A stretch of DNA of 34,531 nt, taken from NCBI RefSeq assembly GCF_001194135.2, contig NC_068988.1, positions 15,845,667 to 15,880,197 of the forward strand, read 5' to 3'. The position numbers and the translations under genes are program-made. The DNA comes from Octopus bimaculoides (Eukaryota). This document shows, piece by piece, positions 11,940-22,770 of this stretch; position 1 is the first letter of the stretch, and each line of letters opens with the position of its first letter. The notes under the pieces are model-generated. The model had not been told where the DNA came from. It made no database searches and worked only from the letters and a program-made list of their open reading frames with translations.

Positions 11940-12065
11940 GATGTCTTTCAGTTTCTATAAACAAAATCCACTAATAAGACACTTGCCCAAGGTGCCATGC
12001 TGTAAGACTGAACCTGAAATGATGTGGTTGAGAAGCAAACTTCTTAACCACATAACTATGTCTGC
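11940..12065 (-). mobile_element. CORE-type SINE copy (partial)
   Basis: AAGACACTTGCCCAAGGTGCCATGC...GACTGAACC...GTGGTTGAGAAGCAAACTTCTTAACCAC. Confidence 0.75.
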
Positions 12066-12389
12066 ATCCATTTATATATATATATATATATATGCTCTTT
12101 GTATGTTTTATGTCTGATTTTCCATGCTAGCATGGGTTGGATGAGTACATACTGAGACATTGTTATACAGCTGGATACCTTTCCTCTCACTTTAACCCTT
12201 GCTTGTTTTTGAAGCAAGGGATTTTTTTTCTATCCCAGTTGTCTTCAAAAGTGCAAAGCAAGATGATTTCTTGATAGGGCATGTGATAGTTTTTTTACTC
12301 AACACATTCATGTGAGGACACAGCATGTAAACCTACACAACGACACACATGTGCATATGCACTCACACATTCTCATGTTTATAAATATA

Positions 12390-12540
12390 CAATGGACTTC
12401 CATACAATTTCCATCACCGGTTACCCTAACACTAGTTGATCTCAGGATATAGTAGAAGACACTTGTCCAAGGTGCTATATGGAGATATAGAACTTGAGAC
12501 CAAGGGGTTTATAAAGTGAACACTAGATTCACACAACCAT
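12390..12540 (-). mobile_element. Old CORE-type SINE copy
   Basis: ATAGTAGAAGACACTTGTCCAAGGTGCTA core is recognisable. Confidence 0.6.
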
Positions 12541-13109
12541 GTATCCACATGTGTGCGTTTTTCCCTCTCTCATTCTCTCTCCCTCATATTAATTCTGTTA
12601 CCAGGTGAAAAGGACAGAAATAGTCTTCTATTGCATTTGAGATAAACAGCAATAATAATGATGAATATAAACCAATGACTTTTCAACAAAATAGCTGAAG
12701 CATTAGCCAATCAGCAATTGTGATAGTTTGTAAAACTTGTAGGTCTGACAAAAATCTTGCCCTCCTTAGCAACTATTCTGGCTGTCTGTTACTCTCCAGA
12801 TTTAGTTCTACATTAAAGGATTAACATTTTTTTTGAAAACTTAAGCCGAAAGAAATTTTAAATTTTTAATAGTTGTTTGCCAAAAGCAAGTCAGACAGCT
12901 GATAATGAGTAATGTGCAAGACTGTTGATTTATAAGGATGGATTTATCAATGGTTCAAACATTCTGCTGTTACTACTAACTGGCATTTCTAGTGTGTGTG
13001 TGCATATATATATATGTATATACTTACATATGTATACATGCATATATATATATATGCATATGCATATATATATATATGCATATGCATATATATATATATA
13101 TATATATAT

Positions 13110-13854
13110 NNNNNNNNNNNNNNNNNNNNNNNNNNNNNNNNNNNNNNNNNNNNNNNNNNNNNNNNNNNNNNNNNNNNNNNNNNNNNNNNNNNNNNNNNNN
13201 NNNNNNNNNNNNNNNNNNNNNNNNNNNNNNNNNNNNNNNNNNNNNNNNNNNNNNNNNNNNNNNNNNNNNNNNNNNNNNNNNNNNNNNNNNNNNNNNNNNN
13301 NNNNNNNNNNNNNNNNNNNNNNNNNNNNNNNNNNNNNNNNNNNNNNNNNNNNNNNNNNNNNNNNNNNNNNNNNNNNNNNNNNNNNNNNNNNNNNNNNNNN
13401 NNNNNNNNNNNNNNNNNNNNNNNNNNNNNNNNNNNNNNNNNNNNNNNNNNNNNNNNNNNNNNNNNNNNNNNNNNNNNNNNNNNNNNNNNNNNNNNNNNNN
13501 NNNNNNNNNNNNNNNNNNNNNNNNNNNNNNNNNNNNNNNNNNNNNNNNNNNNNNNNNNNNNNNNNNNNNNNNNNNNNNNNNNNNNNNNNNNNNNNNNNNN
13601 NNNNNNNNNNNNNNNNNNNNNNNNNNNNNNNNNNNNNNNNNNNNNNNNNNNNNNNNNNNNNNNNNNNNNNNNNNNNNNNNNNNNNNNNNNNNNNNNNNNN
13701 NNNNNNNNNNNNNNNNNNNNNNNNNNNNNNNNNNNNNNNNNNNNNNNNNNNNNNNNNNNNNNNNNNNNNNNNNNNNNNNNNNNNNNNNNNNNNNNNNNNN
13801 NNNNNNNNNNNNNNNNNNNNNNNNNNNNNNNNNNNNNNNNNNNNNNNNNNNNNN
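13110..13854. other. Assembly gap (N) flanked by TA-rich microsatellite
   Basis: Run of N. Confidence 0.99.
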
Positions 13855-13904
13855 TATATATATATATATATATATATATATTGCACATACATATACACAT
13901 ACTT

Positions 13905-13965
13905 TCTAATCACATGGTTCCAGGTTCAGTACTACTGTATGGCACCTTGAGCAAGTGTCTTCCAC

Positions 13966-13997
<32 letters not shown>

Positions 13998-14096
13998 ATG
14001 TGTGTGTGTGTTTGTCCCTCACCATTGCTTCACAATCAGTGTTGTTGTGTATACATCCCTATAACTTAGCAGTTTGATAAAATAGACAGATAGAAT
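13905..14096 (+). mobile_element. Partial long-form CORE SINE with internal (GT)n
   Basis: CATGGTTCCAGGTTCAGT...GGCACCTTGAGCAAGTGTCTT, then (GT)n, then GATAGAATAAGT. Confidence 0.7.
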
Positions 14097-14540
14097 AAGT
14101 AGTGTGGCTCTGTGGTAAGAAGTTGCTTCCGGGTTCAGTCCCACTGCTTGGAACCTTGGGCAAGTGTCTTCTACTATAGCCTCGGGCTGATCAAAGTCTT
14201 GTGAGTGGATTTGGTAGACGGAAACTGAAAGAAGCCCATTGCGTATATACATATATATGTGTATATATTTATGTATTTGTCTGTGTTTGTCCTCTTGCCA
14301 TCACTTGACAAATGATGTGTCCCTGAAACTTAGTGGTTCAGCAAAAGAGACTGATAGAATAAGTACTAGGTTTATAAAGAATAAGTCGACTAAAGGCAGT
14401 GCCCCAGCATGGCCGCAGTCAAATGACTGAAACAAGTAAACGAGTAAAAGAGTACTGGGGTCAATTGATTTGACTAAAATTCTTCGAGGTGGTGCCCCAG
14501 CATGGCTGTAGTCCAATGACTGAAACAAGTAAAAGATAAA
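14097..14540 (+). mobile_element. Long-form CORE SINE with a duplicated 3' module
   Basis: Head GTGGCTCTGTGGTAAGAAGTTGCTTCCGGGTTCAGTCCCA, then the CORE, then (TA). The 3' module CCCCAGCATGGC...ATGACTGAAACAAGTAAA occurs twice (~14403 and ~14495). Confidence 0.85.
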
Positions 14541-14574
14541 GGAATATATACACACATACCCACCCACACACATC

Positions 14575-15560
14575 CGTCTTCCATGCTGTCACGAGTTGGA
14601 TGGTTTGACAAGATATGACAAGTCAGGACACTGCCCTGAGCTCTGATGTCTGTTTTGGTATGGTTTCTAAGGCTGGATAATCTTTGTAATGCTATCTACT
14701 TTACAGTGTACAGGGTGCTTTTTATCATGGCACTGATGCTTGAGGTCACTAAATAACTTGCAGGACAAGACTCTTTGACTGAGTTGGGGTGCAGTATTGA
14801 GGGAGGTGGCTTTGGGCCAGCCAGATGTTGAGAGGCTGAAATGTGACAGAGGAACAGAAATGGGTATCTTGTAGAGGAGATACATGGCTATCTCAGGTGG
14901 AGAGAGACAAAAGATGGTGATGATGAGGTGTTAGAGCATACTCTCAAAGTACAAGAAGGTGAATATAAGAGAGGATAAGACAGAGGATCAGGTAAATGCA
15001 GTAAGTGGTGAACAAGAGTGGCAGTCTGGTCAATGGTGAATCTCAGTTTTGGGAGGAAGGTTAAGGAAAATAGGAGAGGGTCAGGGAAGAGAAGGTTATA
15101 AGTAGCAATACATACAAGGGCTGTGGAGAGCAACTGTAAAGTAAAATTGTAGGCAGATGAAATATGAGGAGATGGTGTGAAGTACGCATGTTGGTGGGTA
15201 GGGTGAGAGAGAGATGCACAGTAATAGAGATGGAGGTCAGAGGCATTTAGGTGGGGATATTATAGCAAGTGATGAACAGAAATGGTGATGGGCAGACAAT
15301 GGCAGTTATGAGCTGTTCAGTAGAAAATAAAGTGGTTAGGGATGATATTGAGAATGCAAGATGAGTGATGAACAATGGGTGGATCCAAGAAGAGGGATAA
15401 CTGGTGGCACAAAAGTGGGATGAAACATCTGCAGTTCAGCTTTTATACAATTGCAGCAGCTGAGTATATAACGTGGTAGTTAGAAGAGCGATGGAAAGAT
15501 GGGTGTTAGAAAGATGAGTTGTGGGGAAGGCTTGACAGAGGCAAATTGGCTGGGGTTGGT
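14575..15560 (-). mobile_element. Degenerate RTE LINE long CT-rich 3'UTR and tail
   Basis: Tail motifs at 14575-14740 and GGAGGTGGCTTTG match the reverse complement of CAAAGCCACCTCCC at ~17543. The purine-rich + strand resembles the reverse complement of 17100-17520. Confidence 0.55.
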
Positions 15561-15794
15561 GGTAGAATAAGTGATATGCTTTTATGACTTCATTTTCTGT
15601 TACGATAGATGGGTCTCATGTATAGTGAATTGCTAATCATCTCAGTACTTTATCAGCTCATAGATGAGGCTCATATACATACATGTATATATATTCATGT
15701 ATACACATCTGTACGTAGATATACAAGTATGCAATTTCCGGACATGCTAGCATATAATTTTACAAGGCATGAACATATGAGTCGTTGGACTGGG

Positions 15795-15984
15795 TACTCT
15801 TTTACTTGTTTCAGTCATTTTGACTGTGGCCATGCTGGAGCACCGCCTTTAGTCGGGCAAATCGACCCCAGGACTTATTCTTTGTAAGCCTAGTACTTAT
15901 TCTATCGGTCTTTTTTGCCGAACTGCTAAGTTACGGAGGCATAAACACACCAGCATCGGTTGTCAAGAAATGTTGGGGGGACAA

Positions 15985-16062
<78 letters not shown>

Positions 16063-16220
16063 GACGGGCTTCTTTCAGTTTCCGTCTACCAAATCCACTC
16101 ACAAGGCTTTGGTTGGCCCGAGGCTATAGTAGAAGACACTTGCCCAAGGTGCCACACAGTAGGACTGAACCCAGAACCATGTGATTGGTAAGCAAGCTTC
16201 TTACCACACAACCCACTCCT
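15795..16220 (-). mobile_element. Well-preserved long-form CORE SINE with internal (CA)n
   Basis: Minus-strand head AGGAGTGGGTTGTGTGGTAAGAAGCTTGCTTACC..GGTTCAGTCC, CORE GGCACCTTGGGCAAGTGTCTT, (TG)n, and a 3' half ending GACTGAAACAAGTAAAAGAGTA. Confidence 0.92.
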
Positions 16221-16425
16221 GGGTAGGTGACTTGCCTTCAATCCTTGTGGGAGTGTGATGTTGACAAGCCACAAAAATGGTGAAATACTGGTTTCCATCA
16301 CTCCTAAATGAGATTGAGGGTGAGTTATCTCACCTGTCCATGACACCGAGGGTTTTTCTTCATTTTTTTTAACACACGGTGATTTAAGAGTTCATATACT
16401 CAGCCATGCTACTGTAGCCATTGGA

Positions 16426-16469
<44 letters not shown>

Positions 16470-16519
16470 ATGAAGAATGCACAGGAAATAGATTTCCTCA
16501 AATGTTTGGTGGGATCCTT

Positions 16520-17822
16520 AGAAGTATTAGATGATTTTTGTTATCTAGGGACAAAGTTAGTAGTCGAAGAAGATGGTCTGAAAGTGTAGTTACTAGAATA
16601 AGAATGGGTGGGACAAAGTTCAGAGAGCTTTTACCTTTGTTGGTAACAAAGAGTCTCTGCCTCAAAGTGAAAGGCAGATTGTATAATGCCTGTGCTTGGA
16701 CAGCTAGGCTACATGGTGATGAAACATGGGTCATGACTGCAGAGGACATGTGAAGGGTTGCAAAAAATGAAGCCAGCATGCTCTGCGGGATGTGAAATGT
16801 TGGGTATATGAGGTATCAGATGTCGTGTGCAAGAGAGAAGACTGCACTGGTATGGTCATGTGATGCATGGATGAGGGCAGCTGCATAAAGAAGTGCTGAT
16901 CTTTGTGGAGGGAACATGTGGAAGAGGTAGACTCAGGAAGACATGGAATGAAGTGGTGAGAATTGATCTTCACTTGTTGAACCACACAAAGGAGATTACA
17001 AAGGATTAAGATTTCAGGTAATTTGCTGAGCTTGAGAAGACACGTCAGGCAAAGTAAAATCATGGCCATCCAGACATACATGCATGTCCTGTACGGCCAT
17101 GCTCACTTCACACACACACACACAATCTTCCCTTTGTCAAAACTCCCTCACAACCCATCTTCCCAGCATCCCTCCCCCATGCCAACAACTGCTTCAGGCC
17201 CACCCACTCTCCCTCCCATACCTACCTGCACACACTTGCCATGCTCTCACATATTTTCCTGACCCAAGCACAACAATTTCTCTCACCATCACAAGCTACA
17301 CTCAATGCTTCCTCATTTCTAAACATCTCCTCTCACACTCTTATAGACAATCCCTCTCAAGCCCCACAGTACTACTTATACTCTCCCCCACTGTTCCACC
17401 ATCTATTTTCTTCTCTCTCTCTCACTGACAGTCTCTCTATCTCTGTTTCTCCTTTCTTTTCTTACAGGAGTAGCCAAGTATCTCTTCCATAATAAGACAC
17501 CTGTCTCTATCCCTCTATAATACTTTAACCTCTTAAATGGCACAAAGCCACCTCCCTTGGTTCCACTCTCTCTCCCAGCTGAGAGGTCTTTGTCTGATAG
17601 GTTACTTGGCAACCCCACTGGTGTTGGTGCCACATAAAAAGCATCCAGAACACTCTGCAAAGTGGTTGGCATTAGGAAGAGCATCCAACTGTACAAAGCA
17701 TGCCAAAGCACACAATGGGACCTAGTGCAGCTCTCCAGCTTGCCTAGCTCCTGTCAAACTGTCCAACTCGTGTCAGCACATGACGAACATTAAATGATGA
17801 TGATGGTGATGATGATGATGAT
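16520..17822 (+). mobile_element. 5'-truncated RTE LINE: frameshifted ORF2 C-terminus, long CT-rich 3'UTR and (GAT)n tail
   Basis: RIRMGGTKFRELLPLL...VKGRLYNACAWTARLHGDETWVMTAEDM, then LHWYGHV...CIKKC. The tail ends TTAAATGATGATG at ~17790-17822. Confidence 0.85.
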
Positions 17823-17852
17823 GATCATGATGATCATGCACACACACATGCT

Positions 17853-18800
17853 CGTCATCATCATTTAACATCCATGTTCCATGCTGGAATGGGTTGGACA
17901 GTTTGATATGAACCCAATAGGTTTAAGGACTGCATTGCACTCCAGTGCTTGCTTTGGAATGGTTTCTACAGCTGGATGCCCTTCCAAAATTCCAGTTTAC
18001 AGTGTGCACTGGGAATGGCCCAGTGGTTAGGGCAGCGGACTCGCGGTCATAGGATCGCAGTTTCGATTCCCAGACCGGGCATTGTGAGTGTTTATTGAGC
18101 TAAAACACCTAAAAGCTCCACGAGGCTCCGGCAGGGGATGGTGGCAAACCCTGCTGTACTCTTCCACCACAACTTTCTCTCACTCTTTCTTCCTGTTTCT
18201 GTTGTACCTGTATTTTCAAAGGGGTCAGCCTTGTCACACTGTGTCACACTGAATATCCCCGAGAACTACGTTAAGGGTACACATGTCTGTGGAGTGCTCA
18301 GCCACTTGCACGTTAATTTCACAAGCAGGCTGTTCCATTGATCAGATCAACTGGCACCCTCCACATCATAAGCGACGGTGTGCCAACAACAACAACAACA
18401 ACAACAACAACTGGGAATTGCTTTTGTATCACAGGCACTACCAAGGTTACCAAGCAGCTCACAAATCAACACCACTCCAGAGGGGGTTGGGGGATGCACC
18501 CTTAAGCTAGATAGGGGTTAAGGTGCAAGAGAAGAGGAGATAAGCAGTGATGATGAGGTGTCCAGGTGGCACTTCAAGGTGTGAAGGGAGAAGGTGGAGG
18601 TGGAGAAACTAGAAGTGTATGTGGGTTTGCAAGAGTGTATGGAGGAAAGAGATAGGGGAAATGAGAGATGGAGGTAAGTGACATCTGTAAAGACTGGAAA
18701 AAGTTGAAGAGTGGATGGACGGAGTGATGAATATGTCTGTGAGAGTTGCATGAGACAGGGGAAGTGAGAAATTATGTGTTTGTGTTTGGGTAGGCTGTAG
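17853..18800 (-). mobile_element. RTE tail/3'UTR fragment split by a younger SINE insertion
   Basis: Tail motifs at 17853-18007 resume at 18419 (TGCTTTT), followed by purine-rich 3'UTR-like sequence. Confidence 0.6.
18017..18409 (+). mobile_element. Young tRNA-derived SINE with (AAC)n tail and ~9-bp TSD
   Basis: A-box-like TGGCCCAGTGG, B-box-like GTTTCGATTCC, (AAC)9 tail. ACTGGGAAT occurs at 18008-18016 and 18410-18418. Confidence 0.9.
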
Positions 18801-18820
18801 TAACAGGGGAGGAGGAGGAG

Positions 18821-18858
<38 letters not shown>

Positions 18859-18967
18859 TGCACATACATATAGAGTATAAATACAATGATCATTAAAAAA
18901 TCAAAACAAAGAGACAAGGTTCAACAAATAAGGTATTAGCTTAATGCTTCAATGGAAAGAAAAAGTG

Positions 18968-19003
18968 TCTTAATATTTCAGATGTTAGATCTTCATCAGA
19001 AGA
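18968..19003 (-). ncRNA. Minimal type-I hammerhead-ribozyme-like motif with canonical core
   Basis: Minus strand: TCTT-CTGATGA-AGAT-CTAAC-ATCT-GAA-ATAT-T-AAGA. Helix I and helix II are each 4 bp, and helix III is a palindrome. Confidence 0.65.
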
Positions 19004-19369
19004 AAAGAGAAAAAAACTAACATGATGGTGTAGTAGTCCTTCATCAAAAAAAAAAAAAAAGAAAACCAGAGGAGTGAGAAAGAGAAAAAAATTAATATAA
19101 TGGTGTGATATGTTTATCATATCTCCACGATAACCTCAAGTCAAGCCACTGATCAATATGTACAACTGAATATACACCCAGTGCAAACTATGGACAGGAA
19201 ATGTCGCCATTTTCTGCTCAACACTTTCATGAAACTAAAGAAGAAGGTAAGCTTTTTTTGTGTAGTAGATGTACAAGAGCAATATGTATGAAATATATAT
19301 TGGAAATAGATTCTCTTAGATGCTCTGTTGACTCAGCAGAAGTTAATACCTCTGTTATCTAGGTAAAAG

Positions 19370-19910
19370 AAGTAGAATTCATGGTTCAGAAAATATAGAA
19401 GCCAGAGTAAGAATGGGTTGAGCTAAAAAAAATTCAAGAAGCTATTACCATTATAGGCAATAAAGACTCTTTTTCTCTCAGAGCAGAGTGTAGAGTGTAT
19501 GACTCTTGTGTTAGAACTGTGATACAGTATGGTAGCAAGACATGAGCCTTGAATGCAGGAGACCGGCAATAACTAGAAAGAAATTAAGCCAGTTTGCTCC
19601 AATAGGTATTTAATGTGAATGTGCATGGACACCCGAGAACAAATGAGCTGAGAGAAAAACTGGGTATAAAAGGAAACAGATGCAGTGAGAGAGAGAGAAG
19701 GCTGTGCTGGAATGGATATGTGATGTAAACAGAAGATGACTACTGTATAAAGATATGCAACTTGCAGAAGAGGGAGACCAAGGAAGACTTGGGAAGTGGT
19801 AGAAGATGAATCGCTGAAAGATGCTGCTTTTCACAGTGGAAATGACAAAGGACCATACTGATTGGTGATACATGGTGTTGCAGAAGACCCATCCATCCAT
19901 GGCAAAATTA
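19370..19910 (+). mobile_element. Degenerate RTE LINE ORF2 C-terminal fragment
   Basis: ARVRMG..KFKKLLP...CRVYDSCVRTVIQYGSKT*ALNAGD; later LRRYATCRRGRPRKTWEVV. Same family as 16520-17000. Confidence 0.7.
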
Positions 19911-20141
19911 CTGGAATAACCATGAAATTTAATTTCACAGTGAAAGGGTTAATGAAAACAAAGACTATAAAATAAATACAAGAATAGACTTTATGATACA
20001 GAGATACTTTTACTTGAACATACAGTATGCATCTGGAGCTAGGTGCCTTGATGAACATTATAATTGTGAGATAGAGATGAAGACCCAGGAGCAGCTAAGA
20101 AGGCTGCTAATCAAAAGAAATATGTAAATGATGAAATATGA

Positions 20142-20363
20142 AGTAAAGATTATTTGCCAACATAACATGGTAGTCCTGGTTTAGGACGAATGTTGCTGTA
20201 ATTTAACCCCAGGAGACATTGTCTCCAGCTGGCTATACGACACAATCTGTGTCCTTATATCATGTTGTATAGCCAGCTGGAGATGATGTCTCCTGGGGCT
20301 AAATTACAGCAACATTCATCCTAAACCAGGACTGCCATGTTATGTTGGCAAATAATCTTTACT
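20142..20363. mobile_element. Palindromic MITE (~100-bp arms)
   Basis: AGTAAAGATTATTTGCCAACATAACATGG...CTGGCTATAC mirrors GTATAGCCAG...CCATGTTATGTTGGCAAATAATCTTTACT, with few mismatches. Confidence 0.85.
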
Positions 20364-20493
20364 CCAAAGTACTATTGCTGAATATCTCACATTGTGAGAT
20401 TTACAAATAATAATTTTCTGATGAAATATGAGTTAGGAACTCTCTGGAAATGGTAGAATAATAGCATTTATTAAGAATGTGACATTAGGTTAG

Positions 20494-20846
20494 GTGATGT
20501 ATGTATGTCTGTCCTTGGCTGGCCTCAAATCTCACCTGCGAACCCATGGAAAACAAACCTCATCTAGCTATTCTGATTATATGTCTGTGCACACGTTTGA
20601 ATGTGGTGTGTGCCAGAGGGTTTGCAAATCCAATGGGGGTCTTAAAAGACATGTTAGGATCCACAATGAGCAGAACTTACTTGCAGGTATTGGTAGTGCA
20701 AATCAGAGGTGCAATCTGTGTGGGTGTTTTTTCAAAATACTGTCTGGTTTAAAAAGCCACATCAGATGCCATGAAAGGGCTAAGGTGTAGGTGCAGGAGG
20801 TGGTCAAACTCTGTTTAAGGAGTAGACAACCACCATATATATATAT
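20494..20846 (+). pseudogene. C2H2 zinc-finger-encoding fragment, probably the truncated 3' end of a LINE ORF
   Basis: Two complete C2H2 fingers (CGVC..KSNGGLKRHVRIH; CNLC..KILSGLKSHIRCH) and one partial finger (LSLAGLKSHLRTH). There are no TGEKP linkers. A stop at 20790 is followed by a ~55-nt trailer running into (TA)n. Confidence 0.6.
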
Positions 20847-20855
20847 ATATATATA

Positions 20856-21032
20856 TAAACAAAAGTATATGAGTATATGCATATATATGTACATGTATGC
20901 ACATACCTTCATCTACATGTACATATAGATGCATATCTGGGTACATGACGTTGCAAAAAAAACATGGACAAAATGATACACAAGGTACAAAAAAACATAC
21001 AGGCCACATAGAGAACATATTCTTTTATCAGC
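20856..21032 (+). repeat. Unclassified dispersed repeat adjoining (TA)n
   Basis: Reverse-complement homolog at 25305-25490 (GATATGCA...GTAGATG; GGCCACATAGAGAACAT). Confidence 0.8.
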
Positions 21033-21924
21033 TGCCACCATTAAAACACTGGCATTTCGAAGAGTTAGGGTAGGACGCATCGTTAAATGGCTCTTCCCAC
21101 CGACACAAATTAAATTTGTTCCATGGAGGATAGTGGCGGACGGAAAACAAGACAGGAAAACGAAACAGTGAAATAAACAAACAAAAAGGCTATACAGCCA
21201 GACGTGGAGAAGTATTATATATATGAATGAGCAAAAACAAGAAAAACAAAAGAGGGCAAGTTTTCACAAGGGTGTTATTAGTATAAAGCATGAAAGGTAA
21301 TGAAGAGAGTTTCTAACATTTCAGACACTAGTTCCATAATATATTGCCATTATCATATTCTTGTCTTTTTAACACCCACTTTTCCATGCTTTTATGGGTC
21401 AGATGAAACCTAGTCGAGGCATATTTTTCTATAGCTTGATGTTCTCCCAGTTGTTAACCTTTGTCTGTTCCCAAGGAAGTTAATATTTTCCCTTAGTTTA
21501 CTGAACAACAAACAACCTAGAAAAGTTTCCAGAGAGAGTTGTAAGCTAACAACATTTTGTATAAATGGTGACTTATTCTCTCACCATCAGAGAGCACATG
21601 TCAAGACAAGATGAATACACACTCACTCAGATATACACACTTGTACATACATACATACACACACACACACACATGTAGAATCGGAGTGAAACCAATAGCA
21701 TATTAAATTGTTTGTATCTTTTCCTGCATATTCATACAGCTAATAATATTGAGTAGTGTGCTTTAACAACGTCACACACACACACAAGCCATGTAAGCTG
21801 AGAGAAATTAGGCACAAGGAAGAGCACATAATAGATGGAACAAATAACTGCAACACATATATGTATGTATGTATGTATGTGTATATATAGCAGAAGCTAT
21901 GATAGATCGCTGACCAAAACATTC

Positions 21925-22081
21925 AATTTTTTTTCTCCTTGTCTCCGTATTCTTTCTGTTGAAGAGCGTAGCTCGAAACGTTAAAGACTTTCCGTATTCC
22001 CAAGCGTCATACTAATACATCCTTTTGTTGTTTACACCACTTGTCCTCGTCTGTTGTTGTTTTTTTTTTTCGTACATTCTC

Positions 22082-22083
<2 letters not shown>
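21925..22083 (+). mobile_element. Penelope-like terminal-repeat-type fragment carrying a hammerhead-like motif
   Basis: 21951-21987: TCTTT-CTGTTGA-A-GAGC-GTA-GCTC-GAA-ACGT-T-AAAGA. The downstream part is shared with 23581-23676 and, more distantly, with the reverse complement of 18905-18975. The Penelope assignment is inferred; no RT or GIY-YIG is visible. Confidence 0.6.
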
Positions 22084-22115
<32 letters not shown>

Positions 22116-22126
22116 TTAGGGAAAAT

Positions 22127-22166
22127 CCATGCTAGCATGGAAAGCGGACGTTAAACGATGATGATG
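22127..22166 (+). mobile_element. 40-bp RTE-tail insertion with a perfect 17-bp TSD
   Basis: CCATGCTAGCATGGAAAGCGGACGTTAAACGATGATGATG, identical to 171-210, flanked by ATAGTTTTAGGGAAAAT at 22110-22126 and 22167-22183. Confidence 0.93.
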
Positions 22167-22264
22167 ATAGTTTTAGGGAAAATAACCAATTTTCAAGAAC
22201 TCATCGATGAAAATCCACTATCATGTTAATTGAGTTTTTTACCTGTAATTTTGGATTTTGTCCC

Positions 22265-22308
<44 letters not shown>

Positions 22309-22544
22309 TGTATATATACATACATGTGTATATGTGTGTGTATTTATAGGGAATATGAATTCAACAAAGATAAAATGTGAGAGAATTGATGACTCAAGGG
22401 AAGTTAAAAAGTGGAAAAGTCAGTTATTGCTTCAATGTTTTTGAAGGTAATATCATACATAAAAATATATGATTATTATTATTATTATTATTGTTCATGT
22501 ATTCCAAGTCAGCGTTTGCCAAAATTGGGGGTGGGAAAAGAAAA

Positions 22545-22770
22545 TAGACATTAAGATGATGATGATTGTTTCAAAGACATATTTACAATGAAACACATAG
22601 CTGTTACATGAAGGACCTCTGAGAGAAAGTTGGCAAGATGTTTCAAGATTGTTTTCATGTTCCAGGAGGTGGAGTTCCCTAACAATTGAAGTAGGATGCA
22701 AAAGTTTTTTTTTGTGTTCATTAAGGAGGAGTTTGGTAAATAGATGTGGCCTCTGTCTTGATGTTCCTTT
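22545..22770 (+). pseudogene. Very degenerate HERO-like RLE endonuclease fragment
   Basis: Frameshifted DI..., ERKLAR..., then RWSSLTIEVGCKSF..CSLRRSL, resembling GW...PIEVGCRGF...SL at 30720-31045. Confidence 0.45.

Noticed and set aside
12604-12810. Possible exon on either strand (CCAG|GT.. on plus; CCTG|GTAACA on minus)
   Set aside because: Stops occur in all frames and no domain is recognisable.
18017-18080. tRNA gene
   Set aside because: It is the tRNA-derived head of a SINE: no complete cloverleaf, and it continues into a SINE body and tail.
19181-19247. Short open frame ending at AAG|GTAAGC
   Set aside because: No good acceptor or homology; probably part of the adjacent repeat remnant.
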